Source: an uncultured Verrucomicrobiae bacterium
Lineage (GTDB): Bacteria; Verrucomicrobiota; Verrucomicrobiia; Limisphaerales; Palsa-1400
Direction: 5' to 3'
Length of the DNA: 64,000 nt
Assembly: GCA_963764165.1 (NCBI GenBank)
Contig: CAVXRD010000003.1
Coordinates: 288,001-352,000, forward strand
Under the pieces are notes generated by a model. The model was not told the origin of the DNA and did not search any database. It saw nothing but the letters and a program-made list of their open reading frames with translations. Made by a program: the position numbers and the translations under genes. Every line of letters starts with the position of its first letter. The stretch's first letter is position 1. Positions 58,452 to 64,000 of the stretch are shown one piece after another.

Positions 58452-58994
58452 ATGGCGTTGACCCAACCAGAGCAAACCGGCACGGTGACCAAACGCGAGA
58501 CGATTGAGGGGCTATTCGCCGCCTTGGAATCGCCTCTCCTCAACTACGCCCTTCGCCTGGCCGGTGAATTGAGCGCCGCGGAAGACCTCGTTCAAGAAGC
58601 TTTTATGCGGTTGCAAGCACAGTTCAACGAGGTTCGAGAGCCCAAGCCCTGGCTCTATCGGACGGTGCACAACCTCGCGCTCAATCAGCACCGCCGTTCG
58701 CGCAAGATTGTTCCATTGGAGCCGGATAAGCCGGGCGAACCCGAAACTGCCGACCCGCGCGCGCTGCCGGACGAGCAAATCGCCCATTCCGAAAGCCTGG
58801 GCCTGATGCGGTTGACGTTGGAAACTCTCGACGAACGCAGCCGCGAAGTCATCCGCCTCAAATTCAACGAAAACCTCTCCTACAAAGAAATCAGCGAGCG
58901 GATGGGGCTGAAGATTGGCCACGTAGGTTACCTATTGCATCACGCGCTCAAAGCGATGGCCGAGGAATTGGCCAAAAACGGAGTCGTGCCATGA
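58452..58994 (+). CDS. ECF sigma-70 factor
   Basis: AEDLVQEAF, PWLYRTVHN, LSYKEISE. Confidence 0.92.
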   Translation: MALTQPEQTGTVTKRETIEGLFAALESPLLNYALRLAGELSAAEDLVQEAFMRLQAQFNEVREPKPWLYRTVHNLALNQHRRSRKIVPLEPDKPGEPETADPRALPDEQIAHSESLGLMRLTLETLDERSREVIRLKFNENLSYKEISERMGLKIGHVGYLLHHALKAMAEELAKNGVVP

Positions 58995-61900
58995 ACCAAG
59001 AAGATCTCGAATTAAAAATCACGGCGATGCTGCTTGGCGAATTGCCCGAGGCGGAGGCGCAGCTTTTGCGCGAAATCATCACCCGCGATCCCGCCCTGAC
59101 TCAACTGGAGGCCCGGCTCAAACTGGCCATTGGGCTTTTGGGCGAGACGGTCAAGGCCGAAGAAGCGGCAGCCGCGACGCCCTTGCGGATGAGCGAGGCA
59201 AAACGGGAGAAGTTGCTTGCGCAATTCAAAACGGTTCGGCCAAGGGAGTTCGAGAAAAAACCGAAGGCCGGGCATCCGTGGCTGGTGGCGGTGGCGGTTT
59301 TGGCGGCAATGCTGGTGCTGGCTTCCCTCTCGGTTCCAAACTTCACCAAGGCCCGGACGACGTCCGCTCAAAACGCCATCATCAACAATCTCCGTTTGAT
59401 TGACAGCTCGAAACAACAGTGGGCGTTGGAACAAAGAGCTCCGGCCACCGCTGTTCCCTCCGCCTCGGACCTGCAACCATACCTGGGCCGGGGCGCGGCG
59501 GGAGAATTGCCCGGCGGCGTGGAGGGGGAGACCTATTACATCGGCGCCGTGGGACAACTACCGGTGGCTAAGTTAGACGCCGATAAGAAGGACGGAAAGG
59601 TTTTCTCGCTTGAGGACGGCCTCCCAAACGTCGACGCCATAAACAGCAAATCGTCGTACTCCTACTCCAAAAGCTTCTTGGGAAAGTTGAATCTCGTCGT
59701 GCAAAATCCCGCGCCGCAAAATGCCCCCCTTGCCACCTCAATGGCGTTGAACGCGCCGGTTCTGTCGACACCAATTGTGGTAGCGACACCCCCTGCCGAA
59801 GAACCTCCCACATCTGGGCCAGCGTTGGCTAACGGACAAGATCAACCAGACTCAAACGCCAGAGCCAATAAACTCTCGGGTGTTAAGGCGGCCGAATTCG
59901 AAGTTCTCGGTGAAAACGCGCGCCTCAATGCCGCTGGGGAACCGCGACCCGCGAGGGACGCCAAACGCGCGTTGGCGGACAGTCGCCAGAATCAAGGCGG
60001 TGCGGTCTATGACGCCGTTAACGGTGCAACAGTTACCAACGCCCTCAGCTTGCAGGCAGAGCAGCCAGCCATCGCTGCCAAAAGCCCGCCAACCTCCATT
60101 GTTCTCCCCGCGATTGGTGCGGCCAGCGATAGCGATAGAAACCCCGCTCCGATGCTTGGCGGCGGTGCGGGCGGCGGCGGTGGCGGCGGGCGCGGTGGCG
60201 CAATCGCCCCCAATGGGCCTGTCGGCACATTCAATTTCGGTTTCGGGGAAGGACCAGCAGCAGAGCAGAAAAAATCTGACGAACTCGCGGCACAGAATAA
60301 ACCGGCTGCGTCGCCAACGGCATCTCCGGTTCTTGCGAGCCCGCAAGTTTACACAGAGTCCGGCAGGGTGTCCGACACTGCCAATTGGGCAACGAACACG
60401 GCAAACCACTACTATATTCCAAGCGCGGCTCCCTTACCGCCCGCGCAGCTCCCGATAGATCGCCCGGGCAATGGTGCGATTGGCGACTCGCGCTATTATG
60501 TTGACAAAGATACCGGGAAAGTCCTGGCGTATGGCGACATCCCGTCTGCTTCTACGAATACATCGGTCGTGGGTGGTCTTGTTCTGCCGAACAACAACGA
60601 CGGATCGTTGCTGGGTGGGGACCAAAATCTATCCTTGCCCAATGCCGATCGTTACATCGGCAACGCAAATTCCCAGCCAGTGGCGGGTGAGAAATCCAAG
60701 GGTGAAGCTGGTGCGAATTCTTCCGAGGCCGCTCTTGCCAATCTTTCCCACGAACCAAGCGCGGAGGTAATGAAGCGGCTTCCAGAAATTCAACAATCAA
60801 AAAACGATACCGCCACGCGCATTGAAAACGCGAAGTCACTTTACGAGATGGGCAGATACGACGAGGCGCAGCGCATCCTAGACGCTGTTAAAAACGAAGA
60901 CGCTTCTAATCACGCAGCGCCTTACTATTTGGATCTCATCAAGGAAGCCCGCTACCAGGATCAAGCCCGCCATCGCGAAAGCACGGTCAAGTCGCGCATC
61001 GACAACGTCGAAGGGAACTGGACAAAAGCCAACAACCGCCAGAGCCTTCTCATGCCGCAACCTGAAGTTCAGACGGCCACCAGCAACTTCTCCACCTTCT
61101 CACTCAACGTCAGCGACGCCTCTTACAAATTGGCCGACGCCAGCCTGCGCAATGGCGCCTTGCCCGACCCGGGCAGCATTCGCAGCGAGGAATTCGTCAA
61201 TGCGTTTGATTATCGCGACCCGGAACCGGCGCCTGGCGCGCCCATTGGTTTTTCCTGGGAACGCGCGGCGTATCCGTTCGCGTACAATCGCGATCTGCTC
61301 CGCTTCTCCGTCAAGACCGCCGCACAGGGGCGCGCGCCGGGACGGCCGTTGAACATTGTCCTTCTGCTTGACAAGTCCGGCTCGATGGAACGGGCCGACC
61401 GCGTGCAGAGCATTCACGAAGCGTTGCGCGTGCTCGCCTCGGAATTGCAGCCGCAGGATACCTTGAGCGTGATTGTCTTCGCCCGCACCGCGCGGCTTTG
61501 GGTGGATGGAGTCCCCGGCGACAAAGCTGGCGAAGTTGCTGACAAACTCGACAGCCTCACGCCCGAGGGAGGCACAAACCTCGAGGAAGCCATGCGGCTG
61601 GCTTATGCCACGGCTTCGCGCCATTACAATGCGGCTGGCGACAATCGAGTTGTGCTGTTGACAGACGGCGCGGCCAATCTCGGCGAGGTCAAACCGGAAA
61701 CTCTCCAGCAAGGAGCGGAAACCGCGCGCAAACAAGGCATCTCGCTCGATTGCTTCGGAGTGGGCTGGGAAGATTACAACGATACGCTGCTGGAGACGCT
61801 GTCGCGCGCCGGGCATGGCCGCTACGGTTTCATCAACACGCCGGAGGAAGCATCCACCACGTTTGCCAAACAGTTGGCCGGCGCGCTGCGTGTCGCGGCG

Positions 61901-62389
61901 GTGGACGTCAAAGTGCAGGTCGAATTCAATCCGAAGCGTGTCACGGCCTACCGCCAGATCGGCTTCGCCCTGCACCAATTGACCAAGCAGCAATTCCGCG
62001 ACAACACGGTGGCGGCGGCGCAAATCGGTGCGGCGGAATCCGGCACCGCGCTTTACACTGCGGAAATCAATCCGCTGGGCGACGGCCCGATTTGCACGGT
62101 GCGCGTTCGCTTCCACGCGCCCGGTTCCGCGCAAGTCGAGGAACGCTTGTGGGAAGTGCCGTATGAAGGAACGCCCGTCGCGCTCGAGAAATCCAGCGCC
62201 GCCATGAAGCTGGCTGCGACGGCCAGCGCGTTTTCCGAATGGCTGGCGGCAAGCCCCTTCGCCGTTGATGTAACGCCGGACCGCTTGCTTTCCACCCTTA
62301 ACGGCGTGCCGGAAATTTACGGGGCCGATGTCCGTCCGAAAAACCTGGAATGGATGATCCGCCAGGCCAAAAGCATCACACATCAGTAA
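58991..62389 (+). CDS. Anti-sigma-like membrane protein with pilin-like, TPR-like and YfbK/DUF3520 vWA domains
   Basis: ATGA-coupled to the ECF; one TM; FSTFSLNVSDASY, IRSEEFVN, MIDAS DKSGS, LLTDG, QVEFNP. Confidence 0.88.
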   Translation: MNQEDLELKITAMLLGELPEAEAQLLREIITRDPALTQLEARLKLAIGLLGETVKAEEAAAATPLRMSEAKREKLLAQFKTVRPREFEKKPKAGHPWLVAVAVLAAMLVLASLSVPNFTKARTTSAQNAIINNLRLIDSSKQQWALEQRAPATAVPSASDLQPYLGRGAAGELPGGVEGETYYIGAVGQLPVAKLDADKKDGKVFSLEDGLPNVDAINSKSSYSYSKSFLGKLNLVVQNPAPQNAPLATSMALNAPVLSTPIVVATPPAEEPPTSGPALANGQDQPDSNARANKLSGVKAAEFEVLGENARLNAAGEPRPARDAKRALADSRQNQGGAVYDAVNGATVTNALSLQAEQPAIAAKSPPTSIVLPAIGAASDSDRNPAPMLGGGAGGGGGGGRGGAIAPNGPVGTFNFGFGEGPAAEQKKSDELAAQNKPAASPTASPVLASPQVYTESGRVSDTANWATNTANHYYIPSAAPLPPAQLPIDRPGNGAIGDSRYYVDKDTGKVLAYGDIPSASTNTSVVGGLVLPNNNDGSLLGGDQNLSLPNADRYIGNANSQPVAGEKSKGEAGANSSEAALANLSHEPSAEVMKRLPEIQQSKNDTATRIENAKSLYEMGRYDEAQRILDAVKNEDASNHAAPYYLDLIKEARYQDQARHRESTVKSRIDNVEGNWTKANNRQSLLMPQPEVQTATSNFSTFSLNVSDASYKLADASLRNGALPDPGSIRSEEFVNAFDYRDPEPAPGAPIGFSWERAAYPFAYNRDLLRFSVKTAAQGRAPGRPLNIVLLLDKSGSMERADRVQSIHEALRVLASELQPQDTLSVIVFARTARLWVDGVPGDKAGEVADKLDSLTPEGGTNLEEAMRLAYATASRHYNAAGDNRVVLLTDGAANLGEVKPETLQQGAETARKQGISLDCFGVGWEDYNDTLLETLSRAGHGRYGFINTPEEASTTFAKQLAGALRVAAVDVKVQVEFNPKRVTAYRQIGFALHQLTKQQFRDNTVAAAQIGAAESGTALYTAEINPLGDGPICTVRVRFHAPGSAQVEERLWEVPYEGTPVALEKSSAAMKLAATASAFSEWLAASPFAVDVTPDRLLSTLNGVPEIYGADVRPKNLEWMIRQAKSITHQ

Positions 62390-62580
62390 TCAGCCAGTAG
62401 AAACGGAGGATCGAGACAGGATGAACAGGATTTACAGGATGAAAGACAACGGCGACGCAATCACGTGCAGATCGGCATGGGCACCCATTTGCCAATCCCA
62501 AAGGGATTGGGCTTCGGGACTGCTGGGCCGGAGCGCCCGGGGGCGACCAAAGATGGATGCTGCACGCAAGCAACTTTGGG

Positions 62581-62683
62581 CGGAGCGCGGCTGTGTCGAA
62601 GACCAGCCGCAGCAACGTGGAATTGATCGGCGCACTTTGCAATGCGACGCGCTGCGGCTGGTCTTCGACCCAGCCGCGCTCCG
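62581..62683. repeat. REP-like family D pair
   Basis: CGGAGCGCGGCTGTGTCGAAGACCAGCCGCAGC...GCTGCGGCTGGTCTTCGACCCAGCCGCGCTCCG. Confidence 0.85.
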
Positions 62684-62832
62684 CCTGAGGCGTTATTTCG
62701 ACCATTCATCCCTAATCACACCCGGAGCGCGCTCGGCGATGGAAAGCCGTCTCGCTATTCCACCGCTGGGAGCAAAGAACCAGCCTTTCCCGTCTAACTC
62801 TGTTGTCTGCGCGTTTACGGAACAATAATAAT

Positions 62833-64000
62833 ATGAAGACTCCTTCGATCGTCTCAATTGTCATTTTATTGACAGCCTCGATTGCGCCCCTTTTCGCGCA
62901 TGCGGACGAAAAACGACCGGGCCATCCCCTGCCCGCCCGTTTGCCTATATCACTGCGCGATTTCAAACTCACCGGTGATCTTACCAACGACACGGCGGCC
63001 TTCACGCTCACCGCCATCGCCAAGGTGGAGGAGGCGCATGGCGGCACACTGGAAATTCTCTCCGGCAATATCGCGCTGACTTCCTTCACCCAAGACCCAA
63101 AAATGCGCCTGCGCACGGAAGGCGACCGCTACACGCTTGTATTTGACAAGAAAGGCGAATATCCGGTGCGGCTCCAGTTCGATGCGGCGGTGGCGCAAGC
63201 AGGCGGATGGAACGCCGTGGCATTTCACGTCGCGCCCGGCGTCTTGCAGCCCATCGCGTTGCGCGGAATGGCTGCGGATTCGCAATTTCGATTTCCCGGC
63301 GCGGCCCGGCTTGATTGGAAGGACGGCCAATTTGCCAGTGTTCTGCCGGAAGACGGCAGCGTGAATCTTTCCTGGAAGGAGGCGCGGCGTGAGACCGAGG
63401 GCAAATTATTTTTCTCGGCGGAATTGCTGGAGCAAATCAGCGTCAGCCCGGGCTTGCTGCGCCAGGCGGCTTTGTTTCATTTCAAAGTCATGCAGGGCGA
63501 ATTGAATCGCGTCTCGGCGCGGCTGCATGGCGCTGGCGAAATCACCCGCGTGCAGGGAGACCAGGTGCTGTCATGGAATATCGAGGCCATTCCGCAATCC
63601 GCCGATCACCGGCTCGTGATCCAATTGAACCAGGCGCAGCGCGACCAGTTCGCGTTGCAAATCCAGGCCCAGCAGCCGCTCGGCGCGTTTCCGCAAACGG
63701 CGGAAGCCTTGCGGCTCAGTCCGGAGTTGGCCACGGGTTTTTCCGGTTCGGTGCGCGTCGTCAACGAAGGCGCAGTGCGCCTGGAAGTGGCGGCCAGCGG
63801 CGGCATGTCGCAAATTTCGCCGGAGCAATTTCCCGAATCCGACGCCACCCGCGCCGCGTTCCGGCCCGGCGGCAATCAGCGGTTCGCCTACCATTTCGCG
63901 GGCGGCGATTCCGCATTGCGCATCCAAGCCGATCAGATTCTGCCGGAACTTTCCGCCTCCGAACTGCTGAGTTATCACTACGGCGAGAGCGAAATTGATA
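62833..64000 (+). CDS. Large secreted hypothetical protein (partial, absent from the ORF track)
   Basis: ATG 62833, signal peptide MKTPSIVSIVILLTASIAPLFAHA; the frame appears open to the window end. Confidence 0.8.
   Translation, partial: MKTPSIVSIVILLTASIAPLFAHADEKRPGHPLPARLPISLRDFKLTGDLTNDTAAFTLTAIAKVEEAHGGTLEILSGNIALTSFTQDPKMRLRTEGDRYTLVFDKKGEYPVRLQFDAAVAQAGGWNAVAFHVAPGVLQPIALRGMAADSQFRFPGAARLDWKDGQFASVLPEDGSVNLSWKEARRETEGKLFFSAELLEQISVSPGLLRQAALFHFKVMQGELNRVSARLHGAGEITRVQGDQVLSWNIEAIPQSADHRLVIQLNQAQRDQFALQIQAQQPLGAFPQTAEALRLSPELATGFSGSVRVVNEGAVRLEVAASGGMSQISPEQFPESDATRAAFRPGGNQRFAYHFAGGDSALRIQADQILPELSASELLSYHYGESEID

Noticed and set aside
9288..62383. Long antisense ORFs (e.g. 9288..10424, 13391..14380, 21440..22525, 31319..32455, 55405..56673, 61100..62383)
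   Set aside because: They lie opposite well-supported genes in GC-rich DNA and show no motifs.

Overview
A GC-rich bacterial chromosomal window, most likely Verrucomicrobiota subdivision 3 (Pedosphaera/Limisphaera-like). This is inferred from the prepilin/H-X9-DG proteins, the ECF sigma factors with long C-terminal extensions, the rplM-rpsI-argC order and the secreted proteins ending in an 'FYR' domain. It carries about 50 CDSs: housekeeping genes (rplM, rpsI, argC, yggS, hydA, ABC-F, rhaA, rhaT), many secreted or periplasmic proteins, glycosidases, toxin-antitoxin pairs and relics, and two ECF sigma loci. I saw no rRNA, tRNA or CRISPR array. Main points: (1) a five-gene operon (membrane ORF-fliA-motA-motB-CxC ORF) with a consensus sigma54 promoter and no other flagellar gene in the window; (2) four unrelated secreted proteins share a C-terminal 'T[TS]xL...FYR' domain and a strong Thr-Asn bias, suggesting a sorting or modification system; (3) many small mobile elements: a 190-bp IS4-like MITE with a 10-bp TSD, a 140-bp MITE with a 4-bp TSD nested in a REP hairpin, a decayed IS200/RAYT transposase between REP arms, and a 153-bp direct repeat around a 3.4-kb block; (4) a mosaic anti-sigma/pilin-like/TPR/vWA protein; (5) a transglutaminase-like protein with Thr in place of its catalytic Cys; (6) several frameshifted genes. 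All calls come from reading the sequence by eye. No database searches were run.
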